Source of the DNA: the human T2T-CHM13v2.0 reference genome, Homo sapiens
Strand: one strand, 5' to 3'
Length of the DNA: 64,000 nucleotides
Assembly (NCBI RefSeq): GCF_009914755.1
Contig: NC_060938.1
Shown: one piece after another, positions 43,321-58,300 of the stretch
How positions within the stretch are numbered: position 1 is the first letter of the stretch
Layout: each line of letters opens with the position of its first letter
Notes under the pieces: model-generated
Told to the model about the DNA's origin: nothing
Seen by the model: only the letters and a program-made list of their open reading frames with translations
The model's database searches: none
Program-made: the position numbers and the translations under genes

Positions 43321-46300
43321 ACTCTTTGTAGAATCTGCAAGTGGGTATTTGGAGAACTTTGAGGCCTATTGTGGAAAAGGAAATATGTTCACACAAAAAC
43401 TACACAGAAGCATTCTGAGAAACTTTGTGATGTATGCATTCATCTCACAGAGTTGATCCTTTCTTTTGATTGAGCAGTTTTGATACACTGCTTTTGTAGA
43501 ATCTGCAAGTGGATATTTGGAGCGATTTGAGTCCTATTGTGGAAACGGAAATATCTTCATATAAAAACTACACAGAAGCATTCTGAGAAACTTCGTTGTG
43601 ATGAGTACATTTAACTCACAGTGTTGAACCTATCTTTTGATTGAGAAGTTTTTAATCTCTCTTTCTGTAGAATCTGCAAGGGGATATTTGGAGCCCCTTG
43701 CGCCCTAAGGTGGAAAAGGAAATATCTTCAAATACAAACTATACAGAAGGATTCAGAGAAACTTCTTTGTGATGAGTGCATTCATCACACAGAGTTGAAC
43801 TTTTCTTTTGATTGAGCAGTTTTGAAACACTCTTTTTGTAGAATCTGGAAGTGGATATTTTTAGGGCTTTGAGGCCTCTTTTGGAAAAGGAAATATCTTC
43901 ACATAAAAACTACACAGAAGCTTTCTGAGAAACTTCTTATTTATGTGTGCATTCAACAAACAGAGTTGAACTTATCTTTTGATTGAGCAGTTTTGAATCT
44001 CTCTTTTTGCAGAATCTGCAAGTGGATATTTGGAGCGCTTTGAGGCCTATTGAGGAAAAGCAAATATCTTCACATAAAAACTACACAGAAGCATTCTCAG
44101 AAACTTCCTTTTGAGGCGTTCATGCAACTCATGGACTCGAACCTATCTTTTGATTGATCAGTTTTGAATCTCTCTTTTTGAAGTATGTTCAAGTGGATAT
44201 TGGGAGACCTTTGAGGCCAATTGCGGAAAAGGAAATATCTTCACATAAAAACTACACAAAAGAATTCTGAGAAACATCTTTGTGATATGTGCATTCAACT
44301 CACAGAATTGAGCCTATATTTTGATGGAGCAGTTCTGAATCTCTCTTATTGCAGAATCTGCAAGTGGATATTTAGAGAGCTTTGAGACCTAGTGTGGAAA
44401 AGGAAATATCTTCACATAACAACTACACAGAAGCATTCTGAGAAACTTTTTGTGATGTGTGCATTCAACTCAGAGTTGAACCTATCTTTTGATTGAACAG
44501 TTTTGAGTCACTCTTTTTGTAGAATCTGCAAGTTTATATTTGGAGCGCTTTTAGGTATATTGTGGAAAAGGAAATAACTTCATATAAAAACTACACAGAA
44601 GCATTCTGAGAAACTTTTTGTTATGAGTGCATTCATCACACAGAGTTGAACCTTTCCTTTTGATTGAACAGTTTTGTAACACTCTTTATGTAGAAACTGC
44701 AAGTCGATATTTGGAGGACTTTGAGGCCTATTTTGGAAAAGGAAATATCTTCACATCAAAACTACACAGACACATCCTGAGAAACTTCTTTGTGATATGT
44801 ACATTCAACTCGCAGTTTTGAAACTATCTTTTGATAGAGCAGTTTTCAAACACTCTTTTTGTAGAATCTGCAAGTGGATATTTGGACAGCTTTGAGGCCT
44901 ATTGGGGAAAAGGAAATATCTTCACATAAAAACTACACGTAGGCATTCTGAGAAACTTCTTTATGATGTGTACATTCATTACACAGATTTTAACATTTTT
45001 TTGATTGAGCAGATTTGAAACGCTCTTTTTGTAGAATCTGCAGGTGGATACTTGGAGGGCTTTGAGGCCTATTTTGGAAAAGGAAATATTTTTACATAAA
45101 GACTACACAGAAGCATTCTGAGAAACATCTTTGTGATATGTGCATTCAGCTCACAGAGTTTAACCAATCTCTTGATGGATCAGCTTTGAATGTTTTCGTA
45201 GAATCTTCAACCGGATATTTAGAGACCTTATCGGCCTATGGTGGAAAAGGGAATATCTTTAAATAAACTCTACACGGAGGAATTGTGAGAAACTACTTTG
45301 TGATGTGTGCATTCATCTCACAGTGTTGAAATTTTCTTTTGATTGAGCAATTTTGAAACGCTGTTTTCGTAGAATCTGCAAGTGGATATTCGGAGTGCTT
45401 TGAGGCCTACTGTGGAAAAACAAATATCTTCACATAAGAACTACACTGAGGCATTCTGAGAAACTTCTTCGTGATGTGTGCATTCAACTCACATAGTTGA
45501 ACCTATCTTTTCATTGAGCAGTATTGAATCTCTCTTCATAGAATCTGCAACTGGATATTTGGTGCCTTTCTGGCCTATGAATAAAAAGGAAATATCTTCA
45601 AAAAAAAGGTACACAGAAGCATTCAGAGAAACTTCTTCATGATCTGTGCATTCATCTCACAGAGTTGAACTTATGTTTTGATTGAGCAGTTTTGAAACAC
45701 TCTCTTTGTAGAATCTGTAAGTGGATACTTGGAGCATTATGAGGCCTACTGTGGAAAAGGAAATATCTTCACATAAAAACTACACAGAAGCTTTCTGGGA
45801 AACTTCCCTGTGATATGTGCATTCCTCTCACAGAGTTGAACATTTCTTTTGATTGAGCAGTTTTGAAACAGTGTTTTTGTAGCATCTGCAAGTGGATATT
45901 TGGAACAATTGAGGCGTACTCTGAAAAAGAAAATATTTTCACATAAAAACTACACAGAGGCATTCTGAGAAACTACTTTGTGATGTGCATTCAACTCACA
46001 CAGTTGAACCTATCTTTTGATTGAGCAGTTTTGAATCTCTCTTTTTGTAGAATCTGAAAGTGTATATTTGGAGCCCTTGCAGCCCATGGGGGAAAAGGAA
46101 ATATCTTCAAATATAAACTACACAGAAGAATTCTGAGAAACTTCAGTAATGTGTACATTCATCTCACGGTGTTGAACATATCTTATGAATGAGCAGTTTT
46201 GTTACACTCTCTTTCTAGAATCTGCAAGTGGATTCTTGGAGAGCTTTGATGCCTTTTGTTGGAAAGGAAATATCTTCACATAAAAACTACACAGAAACAC

Positions 46301-49300
46301 TCTGAGAAACTTCTTTGTAATATGTGAATTCATCTCACAGAGTTGAAACTTTCTTTTGACTGAGTAATTTTGAAACACTGTTTTTGTAGAATCAGCAAGT
46401 GGATATTTGGAGCACTTTCAGATCTACTGTGGAAAAGAAAATGTCTTCACAAAAAAACTACACAGAGCCATTGTGAGAAATTACTTTGTGATGTGTGCAT
46501 TCATCTCACAGAGTTGAAGATTTCTTTTGATTGAGAAATTTTGAAACAATGATTTTGTGGAATCTGCAGGTGGATATTTGGATTGTTTTCAGGTCTAATG
46601 TGGAAAAGAAAACATCTTCACAAAAAAACTACACAAAGGCATTTTGAGAAACTTCTTTGTGATGTGTGCTTTAATCTCACAGAGTTGAACTTTTCGTTTG
46701 ATTGAGTAGTTTTGAAACACTCTTTTTGTAGAAACTGCAAGTGGACATTTGGAGCACTTTGAGGCCTATTGTGGAAAAGGAAATATCTTTAAATAAAAAC
46801 TACACAGAAGAATTCTGAGAAACACCTTTGTTAAGTGTGCATTAAACTCACTGAGTTGAAACTATCTTTTGATTGAGCAGTTTTGAATTTCTCTTTTTGT
46901 AGAATCTGCAAGAGGATGTTTTGAGCCCTTTTCAGCCTATGGTGGAAAAGGAAATATCTTCATATAAAAACTACACAGAAGCATTCTGAGAAACTTCTTT
47001 GAGATGAGTGCATTATTTTCACAGAGTTGAACCTATACTATGATTGAGCAGTTTTGAAACACTATTTTGTAGAATCTGAAAGTGGATATTTGGAAATCTT
47101 TGAGGCCTATTGTGGAAAAGGATATATCTTCACATAAAAACTACAGAGAAGCATTCTGAGAAACTTCTTTCTGATGAGTGCATTCATCACACAGAGTTGA
47201 ACCTTTCTTTAGATTGAACAGTTTTGTAACACTTTTTATGTAGAATCTGCAAGTGGATATTTGGAGGGCTTTGGGGCCTATTTTGGAAAAGGAAATATCT
47301 TCACATAAACACTACACAGAAGCATTCTGAGAAACTCGTTTTTGATGTGTGCATTCAACTCACAGTGTTGAACCTATCTTTTGATTGAGCAGTTTTGAAA
47401 CACTCTTTTTGTAGAATCTGCAAGTGGATATTTGGAGCACTTTATGGCCTATTGTGGAAAAGGAAATATCTACCTATAAAAACTGCACAGAAGCATTCTG
47501 AGAAACTTCTTTCTAATGTGTGAATTCATCTCACAGAGTTGAACCTATCTTAATATTGAGCAGTTTTGACACACTGTTTTCGTAGAATCTGCAAGTGGAT
47601 ATTTGGACAGCTTTGAGGCCTATTGTGGAAAAGGAAATATCTTCACATAAAAACTACACATACGCATTCTGAGAGAGTTCTTTTTGATCTGTGCATTCAC
47701 CACACAGATTTTAACATTTATTTTGATTGAGCAGATTTGAAACGCTCTTTTTGTAGAATCTGCAGGTGCATATTTGGAGGGATTTGAGGCCTATTTTGGA
47801 AAAGGTAATATCTTCACATAAATACTACACAGAAGCATTCTGAGAAATTATTTTGTGATGTGTGCTTTCAACTCACAGAGTTGAACCAATCTTTTGATTG
47901 AGCAGTTTTGAATCTCTCTTTCTGTAGAAACTTCAACTGGATATTTGGAGCCATTATTGGCCTATGGTGGAAAAGGACATATCTTGAAATAAACTCTATA
48001 TGACAGCATTGTGAGAAACCTCTTTGTGATGTGTGAACTCATCTCACAGAACTGAAACTATCATATCATTGAGCAGTTTCGAAACACTCTTTTCATAAAA
48101 TTTGCAGGTGGATATTTGGAGGATTTGAGGCTTATTTTGGAAAAGGAAATATTTTCTAATAAAGACTACACAGAAGCATTCTGAGAAAATTATTTAAGAT
48201 GTGTGCATTCAACTCACAGAGTTGAACCTATCTTTTGATTGAGCTGTTTTGAATATCTCTTTTGCAGAATCTGTAAGTGGATACTTGGGGCCCTTTTCTG
48301 CCTATGGTGAAAAAGGAAATATCTTCAAATAAAAACTGCACAGAAGCATTCTGAGAAAATTCTTAGTGATGTGTGCATTCTTCTCACAGAGTTGAACCTA
48401 TCTTATCATTGAGAACTTTTCAAACACTCTTTTTGTACAATCTGCTACAGGATATATGCAGCGCTTTGAAGCCTGTTATGGAAAAGGAAATATCTTCACG
48501 TAATAACTACACAGAAACATTCTGAGAAGTTTTTTTGGGATGTGTGCGTTCATCTCACAGAGTTGAAACTTTCTTTCGATTGAGCAGTTTTGAAACACTC
48601 TTTTTGTAGTATCTACAAGTGGATATTTGGAGATACTTGAGGCCTACTGTAGAAAAGCATATATCTTCACATAAAAACTACACAGAAGCATTCTGAGAAA
48701 CTTCTTTGTGATGTGTGCTCACGGAGTTGAAACTTTCTTTTGATTGAGCACTTATGAAAAACTCTTTTTCTAGAATCTGCAAGTAGATATTTGGAGGGCT
48801 TTGAGGCCTATTGTGGAGAAGGAAATATCTTCACATAAAAAGTACACAGAAGCATTCTGACAAACTACTTTTGATGTGAACATTCAACTCACATACTTGA
48901 ACCTATCATTTGATTGAGCAGTTTTGAATCTATGTTTTTGTAGAATCTGCATGTGGATATGTGGAGCCCTTTGTGACCTTTGGAGGAAAATGAAATATCT
49001 TCAAATAAATCTACACAGAAGCATTCTGAGAAACTTCTTTGTGATTTGTGCATTCATCTCACAGAGTTGATCCTATCTTATGATTGAGCAGTTTTGAAAC
49101 ACTCTCTTTGTAGAATCTGTAAGTGGATACTTGGAGGGCTTTGAGTACTATTGTGGAAAAGGTAATATCTTCACATAAAAACCACATAGAAGCATTCTGA
49201 GAAGCTTCTTTGTGATGTGTGCATTCATCTCAAAGAGTTGAATCTTTCTTTTGACTGAGCGGTTTTGAAACACTGTTTTTGTGGAATCTGCTAGTGGATA

Positions 49301-52300
49301 TTTGGAGTGCTCTGTGGCTTACTGTGGAAAAGCAAATATCTTCAGAAAGAAACCACACAGAGGCATTCTGAGAAACTTCTTCATGATGAGTGCATTCATC
49401 TCACAAAGTTGAACCTTTCTTTTGACTGAGCAGATTTGAGTCTCTCTTTTTGTAGAATCTGCAATTGGATATTTGATGCTCTTTAGGAAAAGGAGTTATC
49501 TTTAAATATAAACTACGCAGAAGCATTCTGAGAAACTTCTTTGTAAATTGTGCATTCCTCTCACAGAGTAGAATCTATCTTACCACAGAGTTGAACCATT
49601 CTTTTGATTGAGCAGCTTTGAATCTATCTTTTTGTAGAATCCACCAGTGGATATTTGGAGCGCTTTGAGGCCTACAGTGGAAAAGAAAATATATTCATAT
49701 AAAAACTACGCAGAAGGATTCAGAGAAACCTCTTTGTGATGTGTGCATTAAACTCACCGAGTTGAACTTGTCTTTTGATTCGGCAGTTTTGAATCTCTCT
49801 TTCTGTAGAATCTGCAAGTGGATATTTGGAGCCCCTTCTGGCCTATGGTGGAAAAGGAAATTTCTTCCAATAAAAACTACACAGAAGCATTTTGAGAAAC
49901 TCTTTTTTGATGTGTGCATTCATCTCAAAGTGTTGAAAATTTCTTTCGAATGAGCAGTTTTGAAACATTGTTTTTGTAGTATCCGCAAGTGGATACTTGG
50001 AGAGCTCTGAGACCTTCTGCGGAAAAGGAAATATCTTCACATAAAAACTACACACAACCATTCTGAGAAACTTCTTTGTGATGTGTGCAATCATCTCACA
50101 GATTTGAATTTTTCTTTTTATTGAGGATATTTGAAACACACTTTTGTAGAATCTGCAAGTGGTTATTTGGAGTGCTTTGAGGCCTACTGTGGAAAAGCAT
50201 AATCCTCACATAAAAATTACATGGACGCATTCTGAGTAACTTCTTTGTGATGAATGCATTCACCACACAGAGTTGAAACTTTATTTTGATTGACTAGTTT
50301 TGAAATACTGTTTTTGTAGAATCTGCAAGTGGATATTTGGAGTGCTTTGAGGCCTACTTTAGAAAAGAAGATATCTTCACATAAAAACTACACAGAAATA
50401 TTCTGAGAAACTTCTTTGTGATGTGTGCATTCATCTCACAGATTTGAACTTTTCTTTTGATGGAGCAGATTTGAAACACGGTTTTTGTAGTATCTGAAAG
50501 TGGATATTTGGAGTGATTTGAGGCCGACTGTGAAAAAGCAAATATCCTCACATGAAAACTTCACAGAGGCATTTTGAGAAACTTCTTTTTGATGTGTGCA
50601 TTAATCTCACAGGGTTGAACATTCTATTGATTGAGCAGTTTTGAAAAACTCTTTTTGTAGAATCTGCAAGTGAATATTTGGAGTGCTTTTAGGCCTATGG
50701 TGGAAAAAGAAATATCTTCATATAAAAACTACACAGAAGCTTTCTTAGAAACTTCTTTGTGATGTGTGCATTTAACACACAGAGTTGAAACTATCTTTTG
50801 ATTGAGCAGTTTTAAATCTCTCTTTTTGTAGAATCTGCAAGTGGATATTTGGAGCCCCTTGCAGCCTATGGTGGAAAAGGAAATATCTTCAAATAAAAAC
50901 TACACAGAAGCATTCTGAGAAACTTCTTTGTGATATGTGAATTCATCTCACAGAGTTGAACCTATCTTATGATTGGGCTTTATGAAACACCGTTTTTGTA
51001 GAATCTGCAAGTGGATATTTGGAGCCCTTTGTGGCTTATTGTGGAAAAGGATATATCTTCACATAAAAACTACATAGAAGCATTCTTTGAAACTTCTCTG
51101 TAATGTGTGCATTCAACACACAGAGTTGAACATATGTTTTGATTGAGCAGTTTTGAATCTCTGTTTTTGTAGAATCTGCAAGTGAGTATTTTGAACCCTT
51201 TGCAGCCTATCATGGAAAACGAAATATCTTCATATAAAAACTACACCAAAGAATTCTGAGAAACTTCTTTCTGATGTGTGCATTGAATTCGAAGAGTTGA
51301 AGCTATCTTTAGATTTAGCAGTTTTGAATCTCTCTTTTTGCAGAATCTGCCAGGGGATATTTGGAGCCTTTTGCAGGCTATGGAGGAAAAGGAAATATCT
51401 TAAAATAAAACAAAGGCATTCTGAGAAACTTCTTTGCGAGGTGTTCCTTCATCTCACAAAGTTTAAACTTTCTTTTGATTGAGCAGTTTTGAAACACTCT
51501 TTCTGTACAATCTGCAATTGGATATTTGGAGCGCTTTGAAGCATATTGTGGAAAAGGAAATATCTTCACATAAAAACTACAAAAAAGACTTCTGAGAATC
51601 TTCTTTCTGATGTGTGCATACGACTCACAGGGTTGAACCTATCTTATTATTGATCTGTTTTGAATCTCTCTTTTTATAGAATCTGCAAGCGGATATTTGG
51701 AGCCCTTTGCAGCCTAAGGTGGAAAAGGAAATATCTTCAAATAAAAACTACACAGAAGCATTCTGAGAAACTTCTTTCTGATGTGTGCTTTCATCTCACA
51801 ATGTTCAACCTATCTTATGATTGAGCAGTTTTGAAACACTCTTTTTGTAGAAAATGCAAGTGTATATTTGGAACCAATGCAGCCTATTGTGAAAAAGGAA
51901 ATATCTTCATATAAAAACTACACAGAAGCATTCTGAGAAACGACTTTGTGATATGTGCATTAAACCCACAGAGGTGAACCTATCTTTTCATTGAGCAGTT
52001 TTGATTCCCTCTTTTTGCAGGATCTGCAAGTGGACATTTGGAGCCCTTTGTGGCCTATGGAGGAAAAGGAAATATCTTCAAATTAAAACTACCCAGAAGC
52101 ATTCTGAGGAACTTCTTTGTTATGTGTGCATTCAAATCACAGAGTTGAACCTATTTTATGATTCAGCAGTTTTGAAACACTGTTTTTGTAATATCTTCAA
52201 GTGGATATTTGGAGGGCTTTGAGGCCTACTGTGGAAAAGCAAATATCTTCACATAAAAACTTCACAGAAGCATTCTGAGAAAAATCTTTGTTATGTCTTC

Positions 52301-55300
52301 ATTCATCTCACACAGTTGAACCTGCCTTATGATTGAGCAGTATTGAAACAATCTTTTTGTAGAATCTGCAAGTGGATATTTGGGGGCTTTTGAGGCCTGT
52401 TTTGAAAAAGGAAATATCTTCACCTAAAAACTACACAGAAACATTCTCAGAAAATTATTTGTGATGTGTACATTCAACTCACAGAGTTGAACCTATTTTT
52501 TGATCGAGCAGTTTTGAATCTCTCTTTTTGTAGATTCTGCAACTAGATATTTGGATTCCTTTGTGGCCTATTGTGGAAACGGAAATATCTTAAAAAAAAA
52601 AAACTACACAGAAGCAGTCTGAGAAACTTCTTTGGGATGTGTGCATTCATCTCACAGAGTTGAACCTCTCTTTGGATTGAGCAGTTTTGAAAAGCTCTTT
52701 TTTTTGGAATCTGCAAGTGGTTATTTGGAGCGCTTTGAGGCTTATTGTCTAAAATTAAATATCTTCACATAAAAACTACACAGAAGCATTCTGAGAAGGG
52801 TCTTTGTGTTGTGTGCTTTCATTTCACCGACTTGAAACTTTCTTTTGATTGAGAAGTTATGAAACACAGTTTTTGCAGAATCTGCAAGTGGATATTAGGA
52901 GTGCTTTGAGGCCTACTCTGGAAAAGCAAATATCTTCACATAAAAACTACACAGAAGCATTCTGAGAAACTTATTTGCGATGTGTGCATTCATCTCAAGG
53001 AGCTGAACTTTCTTTTGATTGAGCAGTTTTGTTACACTCTCTTTGTAGAATCTGCAAGAGGATATTTGGAGCGCATTGAGGCCTACAGTGGAATAGGAAA
53101 TATCTTCACATAAAAATTACACATAAGAATTCTGAGAAACTTCTGTGGATGTGTGTATTCAACTCACAGAGTTGAACCTTTCTTTTGATTGAGTAGTTTT
53201 GAAACACTCTATTTGTAGAATATGCAAGTGGATATTTGGAGCGCTTTGAGGCCAACAGTTGAACAACAAATATATTCACATTAAAACTACACAGAAGCAT
53301 TCTGAGAAACTTCTTTGTGATGTGTGCAATTATCTCACACAGTTGAACCTTTCTTTTGCTTGAGCAGTTTTGAAACACTCTATTTGTAGAATCTGCAAGT
53401 GGATATTTGGAGGGCTTTGTGGCCTATTTTGGAAAATGAAATATCTTCACATAAAAACTACACAGAATCATTCTGAGAAACTTCTTTGGATACGTGCATT
53501 CATCTCACAGAGTTGAAACTTTGGATTGAACAGTTTTGAAACACTGTTTTTTCTAATCTGCAAGTGGATATTTGAAATGCTTTGAGGCCTATTGTGGAAA
53601 AGGAAATATCTTCACATAAAAACTACACAGAAGCAATCTGAGAAACTCCTTTGTGATATGTGATTCAACTCACAGAGTTGAACCTATCTTTTGATTGAGC
53701 CACTTTGAAACTCTCTTTTTATAGTATCTGCAAGTGGATATTTGGAGTCTTTTGTGGCCTATTGTGGAAAAGGAAATGCCTTCACATAAAAAACACAAAG
53801 AAGTTTTCTGAGAAACTTTCTTTGTGATGTGTGCATTCATCTCACAGAGATGAACATTTCTCTTGATTGAGCAGTTTTGAAACAATCTTTTTGAAGTATC
53901 TGCAAGTGAATATTTGGAGCACTTTGAGGCCTGTTGTGTAAAAGGAAATATCTTCACATAAAAACTACACAGAAGCTTTCTGAGAAACTTCTCTGTGATG
54001 TGTGCATTCAACTCACGGAGGTGAATCTGTCTTTTAATTGAACAGTTTTGAAACTCTCTTTCTGTAGAATCTGCAAGTGGATATTTGGAGGCATTTGCAG
54101 CGTATAGTGGAAATGGGAATATCTTCAACTAAAAACTACACAGAAGCATTCTGAGAAAATTCATGGTGATGTGTGCATTCATCTCACAGAGTTGAACCTT
54201 TCTTTTCATTGAGCAGTTTTGAAACACTCTTTCTGTACAATCTGCAAGTTGATATTTGGAGTGCTTAGATTCCTATTGTGGAAAAGGAAATATCTTCACA
54301 TAAAAACTGCACAGAATCATTCTGAGAAAATTCATGGTGATGTGTGCATTCATCTCACAGAGTTGAACCTTTCTTTTCATTGAGCAGTTTTGAAACACTC
54401 TTTCTGTACAATCTGCAAGTTGATATTTGGAGTGCTTAGATTCCTATTGTGGAAAAGGAAATATCTTCACATAAAAACTGCACAGAATCATTCGGAGAAA
54501 CTTCTTTGCGATATGTGCATTCATCTCACAGTGTTGAACCTTTCTTTTCACTCAGCAGTTTTGAAACTTTATTTTTGTGGAATCTGCAAGTGGATATTTG
54601 GAGCGCTTCGAGGCCTATAGTGGAAATGGGAATATCTTCACATAAAAACTACACAGAAGCATTCTGAGAAACAACTTTGTTAAGTGTGCATTAAACTCAC
54701 AGAGTAGAAAGTATCTTTTGATTGAGCAGTTTTGAATCTCTCTTTTTGTAGAATCTGCAAGAGGATATTTGGAGCCCTTTTCGGCCTATGGTGGAATAGG
54801 AAATACCTTCACATAAAAACTACAAAAAAGATTTCTGAGGAACGTCTTGGTCATGTGTGCCTTCATCTCACAGAGTTGATCCTTTCTTTTGATTGAGCAG
54901 TTTGGAAGCACTCTTTTTGTAGTATCTACAAGTGGATGTTTGTATCACTTTGTGGCCTATGGTGGAAAAGGAAATATCTTCACATGAGAACTACACAGAA
55001 GCATTCTGAGAAACTTCTTTGTGATGTGTGCTTTCATCTCACAATGTTGAACCTATCTTATGATTGAGCAGTTTTGAAACACTCTTTTTGTAGAAAGTGC
55101 AAGTGTGTATTTGGAGCCCATGTTGCCTATTGTGAAAAAGGTAATATCTTCACATAAAAATTACACAGAAGCATTCTGAGAAACTACTTGGTGATATGTG
55201 CATTAAACTCACAGAGTTGAACATATCTTTTCATTGAGCAGTTTTCATTCCCACTTTTTGTAGGATCTGCAAGTGGACATTTGGAGCCCTTTGTGGCCTA

Positions 55301-58300
55301 TGGAGGAAAAGGAAATATCTTCAAATAAAAACTACCCAGAAGCATTCTGAGGAATTTCTTTGCAATGTGTGCATTCAACTCACAGAGTTGAACCTATCTT
55401 ATGATTCAAAAGTTTTGGAACACTGTTTTTGTAGAATCTTCAAGTGCATATTTGGAGTGCTTTGAGGCCTACTGTGGAAAAGCAAATATCTTCACATAAA
55501 AACTTCACAGAAGCATTCTGAGAAACTTCTTTGTGATGTCTGCATTCATCTCACACAGTTGAACCTGTCTTATGATTGCGCAGTATTGAAACAATCTTTT
55601 TGTAGAATCTGCAAGTGGATATTTGGAGTGCTTTGAGGCCTATTGTGGAAAATGAAATATCTTAATGTGAAAACTACACAGAAGTATTCTGATAAACATA
55701 TTTGTGATTTGTGAATTCATCTCACAGATTTGAAACTGTCTTATGATTTAGTAGATTTGAAACACTCTAGTTGTAGAATCTGAAAGTGGATATTTGGGGC
55801 GTTTTGAGGCCTATTGTGGAAAAGGAAATATCTTCACATAAAAACTATACGGAAGAATTCAGAGAAACTTCTTTGTGAAATGTGCATACATCTCACAGAG
55901 TTGAACCTATCTTATGATTGATCATTTTTGAATCTCTCTTTTTATAGAATCTGCAAGTGGATATTTGGAGCAATTTGCGGTCTGTGGTGGGAAAGGAAAT
56001 GTCTTCAAATAAAACCTACACAGAAGCATTCTGAGAAACTTCTTTGTGATGTGTGCATTCATCTCACAGAGTTGAACCTATCTTATGATTGAGCAGTTGT
56101 GAAATACTCTTTTTGTAGAATGTGCAAGTGGATATTTGGAGCAGTTTGAGGCCATTGTGGAAAAGGAAATATCTTCACATAAAAGTACACTGAAGCCTTC
56201 TCAGAAGCTACATTGTGATATGTGCATTCACCTTACAGAGATGAATCTTTCTTTTGATTGAGCAGTTTTGAAACACTCTTTTTGTAGAATCTGCATGTGG
56301 ATATTTGGAGTGCTTTGAGGCTTATGGTGGTAAAGGAAACATCTTCACATAAAAACTACACAGAAGCATTCTGAGAAACTTCTGTGTGATGTGTGCGTTC
56401 AGCTCACATGTTTGAACCTATTTTATGATTGAGCAGTTTTGAAACACTCTTTTTGTAGAATCTGCAAGTGGATATTTGGAGCGCATGAGGCTTACTCTTT
56501 AAAAGAAAATATCTTCACTTAAAGACCACACAGAAGCTTTCTGAGAAACTTCTTTGTGATGTGTGCATCCATCTCACAGAGTTAATCCTTTCTTTTGATT
56601 GAGCAGTTTTGAAACACTCTTTTTGTAGAATCTGCCTTTTGATATTTGGAGAACTTTGATGCAGATTGTGCAAAAAAAAAATCTTCAAATAAAAACTACA
56701 CAGTAGCATTCTGATAAATTTCTTCGTGAATTGTGAATTCAACACACAGAGTTTAACCTAGGGTTTGTTTGAGCAGTTTTGAATCTTTCTTTTTGTAGAA
56801 TCTGAAAGTGGATATTTGGAGTGCTTTGAGGCCTATTGTGGAAAAGGAAATATCTTCACATAAAAATTTCACAGAAGCATTCTGAGAGACTACTTTGAGA
56901 TGAGTACATTCATCACACAGATTGTAGATGTCTTCTGATCAAGCAGTTTTGAAACACACTTTTTGTAGAATCTGCAAGTGGATATTTGGGGTCTTTGAGG
57001 CCTGTTTTGAAAAAGGAAATATCTTCACGTAAAAACTACACAGTAGCATTCTGAGAAAATTCTTTGAGATGTGTACATTCAACTCACGGAGTTCAACTTA
57101 TTTTTTGATTGAGCGGTTTTGAATCTCTTTTAGTAGAATATGCAACTGGATGTTTGGAGTCCTTTGTGGCCTATGGTGGAAACGGAAATATCTTCAAAAA
57201 AAAACTACACAGGAGCAGTCTGAGAAACTTCTTTGTGATGTGTGCATTCATCTCACAGAGTTGAACCTCTCTTTTGATTGAGCAGTTTTGAAACACTCTT
57301 TTTGTAGAATCTGCAAGAGGTTACTTGGAGCGCTTTGAAGCTTATTGTCCAAAAGGCAATATCTTCACATAAAAACTACACAGAAGCATTCTGAGAAGAG
57401 TCTTTGCATTGTGTGCTTTCATCTCACAGAATTGAAACTTTCTTTTGGTTGCACAGTTATGAAACACAGTTTTTGCAGAATCTGCAAGTGGATATTAGAA
57501 GCGCTTTGAGGCCTACTCTGGAAAAGCAAATATTTCACATAAAAACTACACAGAAGCATTCTGAGAAACATTTTTGTGATATCTACTTTCATCTCAAAGA
57601 GTTGAACGTTCTTTTGATTGAGCAGTTTTGTGACACTCTTTTTGTAGGTTCTGCAAGAGGGTATTTGGAGCGCTTTGATGCCTATGGTGGAATAGGAAAT
57701 ATCTTTATGTAAAAACTACATGGAAGCATTCTGAGAAACTTCTTTGTGATGTGTGTATTCAACTCATAGAGTTGAACCTTTCTTTTGATTGAGTAGTTTT
57801 GAAACACTCACTTTGTAGAATCTGCATGTGGATATTTGGAGGGCTTTGAGGCCTATTTTGGAAAACGAAATATCTTCACATAAAATCTACACAGAATCAT
57901 TCTGAGAAACTTCTTTGTGATGTGTGCCTTCATCTCACAGAGTTGTACCTTTTTTTTTTTTGATTGATCAGTATTGAAACACTGTTGTTGGATAATCTGC
58001 AAGTTCATATTTGGAACGCTTTGAGGCCTATTGTGGAAAAGGAAATAACTTAAGACCACACAGAAGTATTCTGAGAAAATTCTTTGTGTTGTGTGCATTC
58101 AACTCACAGATGTGAATTAATCTTTTGATGAGCAGTTTTGAAGCTCTCTTTTTGTAGTATCTGCAGGTGTATGTTTGGAACCATTTGATGCCTAGGGGGA
58201 AAAGGAAATGCCTTCACATGAAAACTAGACAGAAGTATTCTGAGAAACTCCTTTGTGATGTGTGCATTCAATTCACAGAGATGAACCTATCTTTTGATTA

